Part shown: one piece after another, positions 19,764-30,489 of the stretch
How positions within the stretch are numbered: position 1 is the first letter of the stretch
Layout of the letters: every line of letters starts with the position of its first letter
Source: an uncultured Clostridia bacterium
GTDB lineage: Bacteria > Bacillota > Clostridia > TANB77 > CAG-508
Direction: 5' to 3'
Length of the DNA: 64,000 bases
Assembly: GCA_949045875.1 (NCBI GenBank)
Contig: CARPYP010000010.1
Span: 1,156 to 65,155 of the forward strand
Translations under genes and position numbers: made by a program
Notes under the pieces: model-generated
What the model was told of the DNA's origin: nothing
Databases searched by the model: none
The model's input: the letters and a program-made list of their open reading frames with translations, nothing else

Positions 19764-20021
19764 TTATATTTTTTCTCTGCAAAACTCATTTTCTATATAT
19801 TTTGCCTGTTCTTTTGTGATTCTTCCATTAACTATTGCTAATCTTAATAATGCTTTTATATTTTCCCATTTCATACATCTACATCTTCCCATTGCTGTTT
19901 GCTCTATATATTCTATTATTTCTTCAGCTATGTATTTTGGTACTATAAAATTGTCAATTTTTGTTTCCATTATTTGCCACTCCTGTTTTTCTATTATATT
20001 GGTTATATAACCAATAGTCAA
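19764..20021 (-). CDS. Hypothetical protein
   Basis: 85-aa ORF. Confidence 0.35.
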   Translation of the reverse strand: MTIGYITNIIEKQEWQIMETKIDNFIVPKYIAEEIIEYIEQTAMGRCRCMKWENIKALLRLAIVNGRITKEQAKYIENEFCREKI

Positions 20022-20069
20022 GTGGCATACTAAAATTATATAATTTTTAAGAAAATAGGTGATTTTAGT

Positions 20070-20306
20070 ATGTATAAAGTAAAATTAGAAAATGGCTATT
20101 ATCTCTTTAAATTACAAGATTTATTGAAAAGTAGGCATATTAGTATTAACAGATTTATGAAAGATACTGATACAGATTTCAAAGTAATTAAGCGAATAAT
20201 GAAAGGCGATCTAGTAAGATTTGATATTCTTGTACTTGCTCGATTTTGTGATTATCTTAATTGCACTTTAAATGATATAATTGAATATGTGCCAAACAAC
20301 AAATAA
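20070..20306 (+). CDS. XRE/Cro-like HTH regulator
   Basis: 78 aa with an HTH-like core. Confidence 0.6.
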   Translation: MYKVKLENGYYLFKLQDLLKSRHISINRFMKDTDTDFKVIKRIMKGDLVRFDILVLARFCDYLNCTLNDIIEYVPNNK

Positions 20307-20355
20307 AAAATATGAAGATTAAATAAGTTTTCTATCTTCATATTTTTTTGTGTAT

Positions 20356-20565
20356 TTAGTTTATAAGTGTATTTAAAATACCATAATATTGATTACTTAA
20401 TTTAGATATATCGCCATTTTTAGAGCTATGCGACATTATAAATTCTTCTATGTCCATCTCACATTTTCGCAATTCTTCTTTGCTATACTCCCTATCTTCT
20501 ACATTTACTCCTGCTACTTGCAATAACTCTATTTCTTCTTTCTTAAATTCTTTTTTTAAGTTCAT
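20356..20565 (-). CDS. Hypothetical protein
   Basis: 69-aa ORF. Confidence 0.3.
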   Translation of the reverse strand: MNLKKEFKKEEIELLQVAGVNVEDREYSKEELRKCEMDIEEFIMSHSSKNGDISKLSNQYYGILNTLIN

Positions 20566-20580
20566 CTTTGATCCCCTTTC

Positions 20581-20835
20581 TTATTCTTTTATTGCTACTA
20601 ATAATTCATTATCTTGTACTATTCTCTTTTGTTCTTTATATGTAAATTTTGTACCTGTGAAAAATACTCTATAATCTAAATTTTCTAATCTTGTTTTGCA
20701 TAAAGCTAAAAATTCATCTGTTTGCTCTTCAGTTAGGTTATGCTTTACTCTTAATTCATAAAATGTAAAAATAATTTCATTTTGATTTATATTCATTTTA
20801 CTATTTATAAGGCTTTCTACAAATTGCGTTGTCAT
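20581..20835 (-). CDS. Hypothetical protein
   Basis: 84-aa ORF. Confidence 0.35.
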   Translation of the reverse strand: MTTQFVESLINSKMNINQNEIIFTFYELRVKHNLTEEQTDEFLALCKTRLENLDYRVFFTGTKFTYKEQKRIVQDNELLVAIKE

Positions 20836-20950
20836 TGCTTTTCACTCCGTTTCCTTTTGAATTATAGCACTTATTTTTGATTTTGTCTTTAAAAATGACA
20901 AAAAAATAATAGGAATGGTACTCATTATTTCTAACAAATACCATTCCTAC

Positions 20951-21136
20951 TTATTTTTCAATTTCTTTTCTATAAATGATTTTATCTATTTCTTTTGAAA
21001 TAATTTCTTTTTTATTTATTGTTTCTCCTTTGTCATTTACTATCTCTGCATAATATCTTTTTCTTTTGTATATTTCTAAAATTACTGCTTTATTTTTGTT
21101 TTTCAACTCTACCACATCAAACTTTTTTATCTTCAT
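20951..21136 (-). CDS. Hypothetical protein
   Basis: 61-aa ORF. Confidence 0.3.
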   Translation of the reverse strand: MKIKKFDVVELKNKNKAVILEIYKRKRYYAEIVNDKGETINKKEIISKEIDKIIYRKEIEK

Positions 21137-21152
21137 AATTTATCACTTTCCT

Positions 21153-22769
21153 TTATTGATATGCTGGCGTTCCATAACCTAAAATAACACTACTGCCCAC
21201 ATCATATTGATTTTGTTTACACATATCTCCTGTTGTATTTCCCTCAATAGTATAAACCTTATTATTTTCTACTTTTTCTACAATTCCTGTATGATCTGCC
21301 TGTCCATCATTACTATCTGCCCAGTCAAAAAAGATTATATCTCCGTGCCTTTGGTGTATAACTTCCATCTTGCCATAATCCACGATTTTGAAACCAGACA
21401 ACTCCCTCACTCTGACAACCTGCATATTTTGGAACTATTCCTGCGTTTATATAACCGACATTGTTCGGCACACCACGAAACAAAACAAGCACACCACTCA
21501 ACCCTAGATTCAAAACCATACCAAGACCAATAAGGCTCTCCGTCCTATATTTCCTATTTGCGAAATAGCAACTTTTACAATATCACTATTTCCTCCTCCA
21601 TATATAAGACTTGACCAATTACTAGCATATTTTTCGTTCATTAGTTCATTTAATTGTTCCCTTTGAGCTTGATTAAGATTATATTGATTTGATATTTCTT
21701 CTATACTTTTTACTCTAACTGTTAGGTGTAGTGTTTCTTTAATTACTTCTATCTCTCTTTCTCCACCTCGCCCATCTGGAACTTTTACTTTTTCTTGTCT
21801 TTTATCTACTACCTCATTAAATTCGTTCATATCCCAGAATACTTTTTTTAATGTTTTTGCTCTGTTATCGTCCATAGTCATAACATCTACTTTATAATCT
21901 CCATTGCTTATCATTACTGTATAAACTGCTATTACATCTCGCCAATTTGCTCTTGCATATTTAATGTCATAATCTGCGTTAGGGTGTTGTCCTTTCTTTT
22001 TTTCTATTTCTTTTGAAAATTCTGTATTTAATTCTGCCATTACACTATTTACTGTCATTTCTCCGTCTTTCTTCTCATTTGCAAAAAAGATTCCAAAAAC
22101 AGAACTGCATATCATTGCAATTAAACATATTACAATAATTACTACTACTGCTACCCAACCACCTGCAATAATTGCTGAAACAAGTGCCTTTGTTGCTGCA
22201 ATTATTGCTTTAATTATTGCTATTGTTGTTTTAATTGCTACTTTTGTTGCTTGTATTGTAGTTTTTACAGCTTGTTTCGTCATCTGTGCCGTTCTTTGAG
22301 CTAGTTTTACACTATTTTTTGCTACTTGCTTTGTTGTTTTTATAGTTGTTTTCGCTGTTTTTTCTGTTGTTTTAACTGCATTTTTAGTTGATTTTACTGT
22401 GTTTTGAACTCTTTTTATATTTCTTTTTGCTTTGTTTATTGTGATTTTTCCTTTTCTTTTTACATTTTTTATTCCTTTTTGTGCTTTTTTTATCTGCACT
22501 TTTCCTTTTTCAATGTTCTGTATAGTTTTTTCAAAATTTTGCTTTCCTTTTCTATTTAATCGTGGTGTATAGTAAATAATATCGTGCATTGTGTTACTTA
22601 CTTTATTTTCTGCATACTCTTGTGCTGTGCTTTCGTTCTTTTTGTAATTTTCTTTCGTTTTATCTTTTACACTTATTATATTTGATTTTAGATTTTGCCC
22701 AACTATCTTTGCTCTATCAAGTTTCTTTATACTGACTTCTTGTTTTTTCTTTGTTTTTATATCTGTCAT
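21153..22769 (-). pseudogene. Conjugation-associated peptidoglycan hydrolase (N-terminal TM and coiled-coil, C-terminal CHAP/NlpC-P60-like domain), three frameshifts
   Basis: ORFs 21510..22844, 21325..21519 and 21153..21425 are joined by deleting a C at each of GGACGGAGAG, TGTCGGTTA and GCACGGAGAT. The merged product reads ..GNIGGEPYWSWYGFESRVEWCACFVSWCAEQCGYINAG.., a CHAP catalytic-Cys region. The start is set at MTDIKTKK, which has an RBS. Confidence 0.75.
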
Positions 22770-22771
22770 TG

Positions 22772-23527
22772 CTATTCCTCCAATTCTACCTTTATTTTCT
22801 TTGCTATAACTACTAATCGTCCGTTTTTGTTGGAATATTCGCAAGTTGATAATGTTATAAGTTTGTCGCCATATTGTGCTGTTTTTTCTATTTCATAAAA
22901 AGAAAGCTCTTTACATTTTTGTATAAATGTATCGAACTCCTGCTTTGAACTACTATTTACAAATTTATAATATTCAAAACCTGTATAAGCAACTGTTTTG
23001 AATACTGCTATTATTTCATAGTCTGCATTTTCGTATATGGTATTGAAATTTATTACTTTATGGTTATTGTAAAATTCTTTCTTTTTGTATTTTTCTAATT
23101 CTCCAAACATTTGATTATTCTTAATATGATGACCATATACAATAACATTATCACTTTTTTGCACATTGCAATATTCTGCAATGTAAGGTGTTCCTAATTG
23201 TGAACATTGTTTATAAAAGTTTTTCCTTAAATAGTAATCTTTTCTATTACTTTCTGTCTGCATAACAGGGTAGCTTATATTTGTATTTTCAATTTCTAGC
23301 CACCCCACAAAATCATTATTCAAATCATATAGTTTTTGTAAGTTTCTACTTTCTTCTTGCTGTTTTTCGTTTTGTTCCTCCTGGCATTCTGTGATAATGT
23401 TCTCTAATTCTTCAAAAACTTCATTTTGCTCTTTATCTTCTTTGTAATTTATTATTATATAGTTAATGCTAGTAACTAAACTAGCTACTAGCATTATAAC
23501 TAAAAATATATAGAACTTTTTATACAT
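22772..23527 (-). CDS. srtB: Class B sortase
   Basis: 251 aa with a TM anchor. YPVMQTESNRKDYYLRKNF, HH.., the TLSTCEY catalytic Cys and the Arg region are present. Confidence 0.7.
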   Translation of the reverse strand: MYKKFYIFLVIMLVASLVTSINYIIINYKEDKEQNEVFEELENIITECQEEQNEKQQEESRNLQKLYDLNNDFVGWLEIENTNISYPVMQTESNRKDYYLRKNFYKQCSQLGTPYIAEYCNVQKSDNVIVYGHHIKNNQMFGELEKYKKKEFYNNHKVINFNTIYENADYEIIAVFKTVAYTGFEYYKFVNSSSKQEFDTFIQKCKELSFYEIEKTAQYGDKLITLSTCEYSNKNGRLVVIAKKIKVELEE

Positions 23528-23541
23528 ATTGCTCCCTCTTT

Positions 23542-25870
23542 CTATATAATCTCATTTAATTTTGTTGTCATCAATTTATAAAGTTCGGTATCCTTTGGAA
23601 ATTTATTTACAAAAGGTATTAGTGAATTTCCTATTTTTAATAGTCCGTGTCCTGCCTCTACATTAGTTATAAAACTTAATTGTTGGTCTGATATATTTAA
23701 TAGTTTTGCAAGTTCTGCTCTGTCCGTGCTTGCTTGATTAAGCATTATAATCAATTCACTATTTGCAAGCATTGTTCTTGCTAAATCACTTCGTAATAAA
23801 TCTTCTACATTTTGTGTAATACCAGTACAACAAGCTCCATACTTTCTAACCCTTTTCCATAAAGTAAAAAGGAAGTTAGCTGAATATTCATATTGAAAAA
23901 GTAAATATATCTCGTCAATATAAATATATGTGCTTCTTCCTTTTTGTCTATTTGCTGTTATTCTATTGAAAATGCTATCAAGTATTACTAGCATTGCAAT
24001 AGGTTGTAGCTGTTTTTTTAGTTCTAATATATTATAACAAACTAACCTATTATGAATATTTACATTAGTTTGTTTTGCAAATGTGTTCAAACTACCATTA
24101 CTAAACAATTCTATTGCTAGTGCTACATCTTTTGCCTCTTTCTCATTTTGTTTTAGTAATTCTTCTCTAAAATCTTTTAGAGTTGGTGGCTCTCCCTCAT
24201 AGTCATTATCTTGATATTTTTTATATACATTTGCCGTACATCTATCAATTATTGACCTTTGTTGTGGCTCTAATGCTTTTCCCATAAGTTGCTCACATAG
24301 TGAAAGCACGAACTCCGATTTTAATACTATCGGATTCGCATTATCTCCATAAAATTTATTCATATCCATTGCGTTTATATGATTTTTACTTGTTGAAGAT
24401 ATTTCTACAAGCTCTCCTCCAAGTTCTTTTACAAGTCCTGCAAATTCATTTTCTGGATCAATAATTATTATATCTGCGTCTTTTTCTTTTAGCATTATTG
24501 AACTTATCTCTTGTTTTGCTGTAAAACTCTTTCCACTCCCAGAAACTCCAAGTATGAAACTGTTTCCGTTTAGCAACTGTTTTCTATCTAGCAATATCAT
24601 ATTTTTTGAAATTGCATTTTGTCCATAATATATTCCGTTTAGGGTGTTGTACCTCTTGCACTTTGAAAGGCATAAATACTGCTAAACTTTCTGTTGTTAG
24701 TGTTCTTAATGTTTCTATTGTTTCAATTCCAATAGGTAGTGTTGTGTTAAGTCCGTCTAGCTGTTGAAATCTTAATATACCAAACTGGCAAAGATTTTTT
24801 CTAGCTGTTGTTAATATTGCCTCTGTTATATTTTCTAGTTCTTTTTCTGTATCTGCTATAAATACAACTGTAATTAGTCCTAAAAACATACGCTGATCTC
24901 GTGTCATTAAATCATTTAAGAACTCTCTTGCCTCTTGTTCTTGTTGTTCCATATCAAAAGGAACTGACGCAAGGAAATTATTATTTTCACTTTGTTTCCT
25001 TATATAATTAGCTTTGTTTGTTTCTACTCCTAACAATATTCGTTCTGCGTCTTTTATTGCCTCGTCTGTTGCAACTGGCGATATATCTATTGTTAATGTT
25101 AAGTTTTTACTAATGTCTGTTAGCTCTGCTATCATACTATCTTTTATAAAAGACGCATACTCTTTTAAGAATATTACTCTACCGAATTTATCTCCCATTT
25201 TGAAATAGTCTTTTTTGAACTCAAAACTGTCTGGACATATATAGTCTTTGAAACTGTGTCCCTTTTGCATATTGTCTATCATATCAAAATTAAAACTACT
25301 TTCCTCTCCTATTCTATAAAAGTTGTGTAGCATTTTTAATCTTTCATTTGAATCTAACTCTATACAAGCTGAATTTAACTTTTTAAAGTGTTTATTTAAT
25401 TCTACTGCTATTCTTCTGAAAGCTGTTCGTGCCTCCTCCAAGTTTTTCTTTTTAATAGTTATTGTTATATACTTTTCTTGCACAATTCCATTGCTTGTTT
25501 TTGCTCCCTCATCTATTAGCCTATTATACTCACTTCTTAATCTATCAAGTTTGTCTTTTTCATTTTCTATTTTAATGTTATTCTCTATATTTTGTTCGTT
25601 CATTTTGCTATTTAATATACTAATTTTTACAAGCATTTCACACTCAAAAGAATTAAGTATTTGCATATAGTCTAAAAACATTGCCTCTTTGTCTTCCTCG
25701 CTTGCTACAATGTAGTTAATATCTGTGAATTTAAAAGTTTTGGAATATTTATTTTTACCTACTAAAAATACTCCATCTCTCCATATTCTTTTTACTGGTA
25801 TGACATCTTGCACACCCTTTGGAATTATATATTTTTCCTTATCTTTTTTGAATAACTCAATTATTTTCAT
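23542..25870 (-). pseudogene. VirB4-family conjugative transfer ATPase (Tn916 Orf16/TcpF-like), one frameshift
   Basis: ORFs 24584..25870 and 23542..24600 (Walker A GVSGSGKS) are joined by removing a C in AAACGGAAT (~24630). Confidence 0.85.
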
Positions 25871-25916
25871 AAATCCTACCTCCTTTTAAGAGGTAAAATC
25901 TCAATACTGTTTTTCT

Positions 25917-26336
25917 TTAATTTTGTTCATTATCTGTTTTTGTTTTCTTTCTGTTCTTTTTTTCTTTCTTATCTTGTTTTACTTTTTTAGCTTTCTTCTT
26001 GCTTTTTTCACATTGTCTATACATATCTAAATATAAGTTATTAGGTTTGAATACTAATTTTTTAGGTGTTAATATCTCTGACTTAACCCAAGCTATAAAA
26101 AACTTTTCTGCTGTCATTCCGTTGTATTTTACAAATCCTAGTAATGCAAAAGGAACTGCACCTGCCATACATAGCCACGATACAGTTCCTGTATTATTGA
26201 ATATTGGTTTTGTTATAAAATATATTCCGACTGCTACAATACAAGCTAATGCCGAACATACAAATTGCCTCATTGTCAGTCCAAAAAATATATTTTCTTT
26301 GTACTGCCTTATTTCCTTATTTATCTTAACTTCCAT
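25917..26336 (-). CDS. PrgI/VirB3-like small membrane protein of the T4SS
   Basis: 139 aa with two TM helices and a lysine-rich tail. It sits directly upstream of VirB4. Confidence 0.5.
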   Translation of the reverse strand: MEVKINKEIRQYKENIFFGLTMRQFVCSALACIVAVGIYFITKPIFNNTGTVSWLCMAGAVPFALLGFVKYNGMTAEKFFIAWVKSEILTPKKLVFKPNNLYLDMYRQCEKSKKKAKKVKQDKKEKKNRKKTKTDNEQN

Positions 26337-26342
26337 AAGCTA

Positions 26343-27425
26343 TCATCTCTCCTTTTCCTTTGATTTCTTTTGCTTTTTCATTACTTGCTCAATAAACTCT
26401 TTTTTGTTTTCTACTGTTTCTCTAACTTCGTCATTTTCGCTTGTTTGTAGTTTAAATGTATCTGCCAAATTTCCTCCTGCTTTTACTTTTTCAAAATCTT
26501 CTTTTGCTTTTTTTAAGTCATCTCCATAATAATAGCCATAGCCCCAGTTTACCTTTTTATCATCTACCTCATAATGAAAAGCTACAATATATTCTTTTGT
26601 TCCATCTTTAAATTGATGTTCTACAAGTGCTACTTTATCATTATTTCTTTTTCCTGTTTCAAGAATACACTTATTATCTTTTCCTAAATAACATAAATAT
26701 TCACTTTGTATAATTTCTCTATTATCTTCAAGCCATTCGCTCAAACTATCATAAGTGGATCTCCACGCATTTTTATAATAATCTGTTTCTATAAACTTAT
26801 TTGCTAAATAATTGCAAAAATCATATACATTATCACATTCGTTTTTTTCTGATTCGCTTAATTTATCATTTAACAAGTCATAGCCTAAACAAAATGCTAT
26901 ATAACTAATTTCACTTTCTTTTTGGTATTTTTCTTGTGGAAGTTGTACTTGCCCATTTTCTATTTTTATATAATCTGTTTTTTCATTGTAATACTGCATT
27001 ATATCTGCTAAATCTGTATTTAATTTTTCACAAATAGTTTTTTTATCAATTCCATTATCTTTACAGTATTTTAGATATTTTTGTAGTCCTAGTTTATGAG
27101 TAAATTCTTCTATACCTATATCCTCAACTTGATACCATATACCAGAATGAAATTCTAAACTCATAAATCCTATTTCGTATTCATTTTCTAAATGTGCAAA
27201 GACATCATCATCTATATTGTATGCCCAGTCTAATGCAGGATTTATTTCATTATCTTTTAATGTTACCTCATACAGCTCATTATTCTGGTCATTTATTACA
27301 GCAATAGAATGCTTTGTATTTTGTTTATTTACTAATACATACTCTATTTTCGCATTAGTGAAGTCTTTACTTCTTGCTAACTCATTAACTTCATACATTA
27401 TATTATCAACAATTTCTTTTTCCAT
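26343..27425 (-). CDS. Hypothetical protein (element-specific, within the T4SS block)
   Basis: The start is set at MEKEIVDN, which has the RBS GGAGG. It is Trp/Tyr-rich and has no known domain. Confidence 0.45.
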   Translation of the reverse strand: MEKEIVDNIMYEVNELARSKDFTNAKIEYVLVNKQNTKHSIAVINDQNNELYEVTLKDNEINPALDWAYNIDDDVFAHLENEYEIGFMSLEFHSGIWYQVEDIGIEEFTHKLGLQKYLKYCKDNGIDKKTICEKLNTDLADIMQYYNEKTDYIKIENGQVQLPQEKYQKESEISYIAFCLGYDLLNDKLSESEKNECDNVYDFCNYLANKFIETDYYKNAWRSTYDSLSEWLEDNREIIQSEYLCYLGKDNKCILETGKRNNDKVALVEHQFKDGTKEYIVAFHYEVDDKKVNWGYGYYYGDDLKKAKEDFEKVKAGGNLADTFKLQTSENDEVRETVENKKEFIEQVMKKQKKSKEKER

Positions 27426-27438
27426 TAGCTTTTTCCTC

Positions 27439-28278
27439 CTATCTCTCACATACTCTCTGTTTTTTCAATTCTTTTTTTACACTATCATAGATTTTATCTA
27501 AATATTCAAACATTGTTTGGCTACACCTTTTGTTGCTAGTAGCTTTAAAAAATCCCTTTTTGGTTTTAAAATTATAATCTGTAAGCCTATTATTGATAAA
27601 TCCCTGTGTTGCAAGTGGAATTTTTATATCATATTCTTTAGCTAAAAAAAGCACACAATTTTGTGTGTCTGGAGTAAATTTATATTCATTATCTTTATAA
27701 AATTTAAAATCAAATATTTTTATTGTTTCTCCTTTGTATATATTTTGTTTTATTTCTTTAAATTGCCTTTTAAATTCTGTATTTACTTGCTTTACTGTTT
27801 CTCTTTCCTGTTGTTTTCTTGCATTAAATGCCTCTTGGTCTATTCTTCTATTTTCTGCAATATATTCTTCTCTGCTATTTTTCGCCATATCATACATATC
27901 TGGAAAATGTTTAGAAATATATGCTAATTCACATTTATTGAAGTAGTTTTTTCTTTTGATTTTTCTCGTAAAAAACTCTTTTAAATCAAATGTAGATAAC
28001 TTTTCTATAACACGATCACAATAGTTTTTACTTTCTGTTAGCGTACTGTCTATACTAGCACTAATAAACTTTTTGAGCTCAATTCCTGCTATATTCATTT
28101 TCCAATATTCATTGTCTTTATCTTTAAATAAATACTCTTGCCCATAACTTCCTACTTCTGTTTTCAATACAGCTATTTCTGTTCCATTATAATTTACTTT
28201 TGCTACTCTCTTATTTGCCTTTTTTAACTCATTATCTTCTATAAGCCATACTGTTTCTATATTGGTTTGTTCTATCAT
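27439..28278 (-). CDS. Hypothetical protein
   Basis: 279-aa ORF. Confidence 0.45.
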   Translation of the reverse strand: MIEQTNIETVWLIEDNELKKANKRVAKVNYNGTEIAVLKTEVGSYGQEYLFKDKDNEYWKMNIAGIELKKFISASIDSTLTESKNYCDRVIEKLSTFDLKEFFTRKIKRKNYFNKCELAYISKHFPDMYDMAKNSREEYIAENRRIDQEAFNARKQQERETVKQVNTEFKRQFKEIKQNIYKGETIKIFDFKFYKDNEYKFTPDTQNCVLFLAKEYDIKIPLATQGFINNRLTDYNFKTKKGFFKATSNKRCSQTMFEYLDKIYDSVKKELKKQRVCER

Positions 28279-28293
28279 AATATTTCCTACCTC

Positions 28294-28851
28294 CTATCTG
28301 CCTCGCTCTAGCTTTTTATCTGCTTTCACTTTGTCATATACATACTCGCATAAGCCTTTGTCATCTAATTTTGCCATATTTCTTGCAATTTCATATACTT
28401 GTTTTTGAAAATCTGCTGTCATTAGACTTGTTCCATTTGCTCCTTTTATCATATTTTCGTAAAATTTATCATCTAGTAAATTATTTCTGCCACATTGTAA
28501 TAAAACATTTAATGCAAACGCATTTTGTGTTAAGTTTCTTTTATCAATTACTTTTTCATAGTTCTTCATATTTTTGCCTTTTCTCCTTTCCATTTCTTCT
28601 ATTTTTAATATTTTCAAATATTCTTGATTCAAAATATCTTTGCTTACTGGTGGAGATACAAAATCAAAGTACCATTCAATCTCCGACTTTATTTCTGCTA
28701 TGAATTGCTTTCTAGTTGTATTTTTAGGCATTGAACAAGTATCATCTTCAAATTTTATATTTCTTGCTATTTCGTGTAAGTCCTCATTTCCTTTTATATC
28801 TTTCATTAAAATATACTCTACTCCGTTAATCATTTCACTCATAGCTCTCAC
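28294..28851 (-). CDS. Hypothetical protein
   Basis: 185-aa ORF. Confidence 0.4.
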   Translation of the reverse strand: MRAMSEMINGVEYILMKDIKGNEDLHEIARNIKFEDDTCSMPKNTTRKQFIAEIKSEIEWYFDFVSPPVSKDILNQEYLKILKIEEMERRKGKNMKNYEKVIDKRNLTQNAFALNVLLQCGRNNLLDDKFYENMIKGANGTSLMTADFQKQVYEIARNMAKLDDKGLCEYVYDKVKADKKLERGR

Positions 28852-29194
28852 AACCTTTCTCTAGTCTGGCATTTCCATTTTTATTTAATGCTTTATACTT
28901 TTTTATGCCATCTAGTGTAATTTCATAAATTGCCACTTTTTTACCTGTATATTCACATATTTTCTTATTTACTGATTTTACTAACCCCATTTTTTCTAAC
29001 TCTGTAAGGCGTGGTGCTGTGTAATTTCTTTCTGCACTAGGTGTTAGTTTTAATTCAAACAATTCAACTGCTATTTCTTTTGCTGTTTTATTGCCTTTTA
29101 TAAGTCTATATAGTATTTGTTCATATCTCCTTTTCTTTTTTAACTGCATATCTTCAAAACTTAATTGTCTTGTTTGGTGTGTTATTGTACTCAT
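28835..29194 (-). CDS. Hypothetical protein, possibly a winged-helix DNA-binding protein
   Basis: 119-aa ORF with the pattern KTAKEIAVEL...LEKMGLV. Confidence 0.4.
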   Translation of the reverse strand: MSTITHQTRQLSFEDMQLKKKRRYEQILYRLIKGNKTAKEIAVELFELKLTPSAERNYTAPRLTELEKMGLVKSVNKKICEYTGKKVAIYEITLDGIKKYKALNKNGNARLEKGCESYE

Positions 29195-29213
29195 ATATTT
29201 CCCTACCTTTCAT

Positions 29214-30050
29214 CTATAATCCCATCATTTCACGCACAACTCTGTCGCTCATTTTTATAGTTCCTACAAGTACCAACATATTGAAAACTAGCTCTCCAAT
29301 ATAGCTCCATACTTGCGTTGCAACAGGTGCGTTCATATCAACTGCTGGTGGTGTGGACGCAAATAGTGAAAATATAATACAAGAAAGCACAATAATTGCT
29401 CCCTCCATACATACTGAAGTATAAGATTTTATAAAGCTCTTTGCCACGCTTTGTGATGGCTCTCCTGCCATTGCTGAAAGTGGAATTGGTGCTATTGCTG
29501 TGTATAAATAAAGTTTGAAAAACCTACCATAAACACTCATTATCATTACAAAAGAAAGTACAGTTATAAATAGTCCACCAATAATCGTAATCGCCCATAA
29601 TGGAATACTCTCGAAAAATCCGGCAACTTTCTATTGCTGAAATTATTTCTGGAGGTATAACTGTACTCGTGCTATTTCCAAAGCCTGCTGAACTCATTAT
29701 TGTAGAGCTTATGCCCTGTACTATCTTGAATATTGCAAGCATTAAGTCTAGTCCATAAACAACTATTGTATATGCTATTGCAAACCTTAAAAACAACTTA
29801 AAAGCGTGTTCTGGCTTTTTTACTTCTGAAAACGAATTACAAGTTTTGATAACTCCTGCTAAAAAGAAAATTACAAGCAATGCTAGTCCGTATTGCTTGT
29901 ACTGCTCCGTGTATATTAGTAATTACACTCCATATACCACCGACCTTTAAAATTTTCTGGTGTTTGTGAAACTAATTGCCATATCTCGCCTAGTTTCCCA
30001 TTCCAAGTATTGATTGCATTTTGTAGATTACCTACAATCCAATTATCACT
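29214..30050 (-). pseudogene. Polytopic membrane protein of the T4SS (VirB6/TrbL-like), three frameshifts
   Basis: ORFs 29524..29880 and 29214..29546, plus an upstream TTG-initiated segment, are joined by deleting a C at each of TGCCGGATT, ATACGGACT and GGTCGGTGG. It has multiple TM helices. Confidence 0.5.
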
Positions 30051-30117
30051 CAAATTTATCGCCTCCTATATTTTTTATAGGAGGGCAATATCTCTTTTAT
30101 TGTTTTTCTTCACTTTT

Positions 30118-30432
30118 CTAACCCAAAATTAGTTCTAGTATTTGTTTTGCAAAAGCTATAATTACTCCACCTGCAAGCGTCATAAATCCATTTGCTCTTT
30201 GTGATGGATCGTGTGATTTTATAGCCATACCAACTTGCACAATTCCCCATAACAAAAGAATTGCACCTATTGCACCTATAATTTGATACATAAAATTCTT
30301 TAGGTTATTGATAACAGCTAGTGGATCATCTGTTGCAAATACTGTATTGTTTCCAACTAATAATACAGCTCCAACTGTAAAAATTTTCATTCCTATACTT
30401 AATAATTTTTGTTTACTTATTTTCTTTTTCAT
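30118..30432 (-). CDS. Maff2-family small membrane protein (pilin-like T4SS component)
   Basis: 104 aa with a signal/TM segment and a second TM segment. Confidence 0.5.
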   Translation of the reverse strand: MKKKISKQKLLSIGMKIFTVGAVLLVGNNTVFATDDPLAVINNLKNFMYQIIGAIGAILLLWGIVQVGMAIKSHDPSQRANGFMTLAGGVIIAFAKQILELILG

Positions 30433-30489
30433 AAAAAATTCCTCTCTTTCCGAGAGGGCATATTTATCTTATTTTGTTTTTCTTCAAAA

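Noticed and set aside
21400-21540. Locally GC-richer stretch first suspected to be a foreign insert or RNA gene
   Set aside because: After frame correction it encodes the conserved CHAP-domain catalytic region (..YWSWYGFESRVEWCACFVSWCAEQCGY..). Amino-acid constraints explain the composition.
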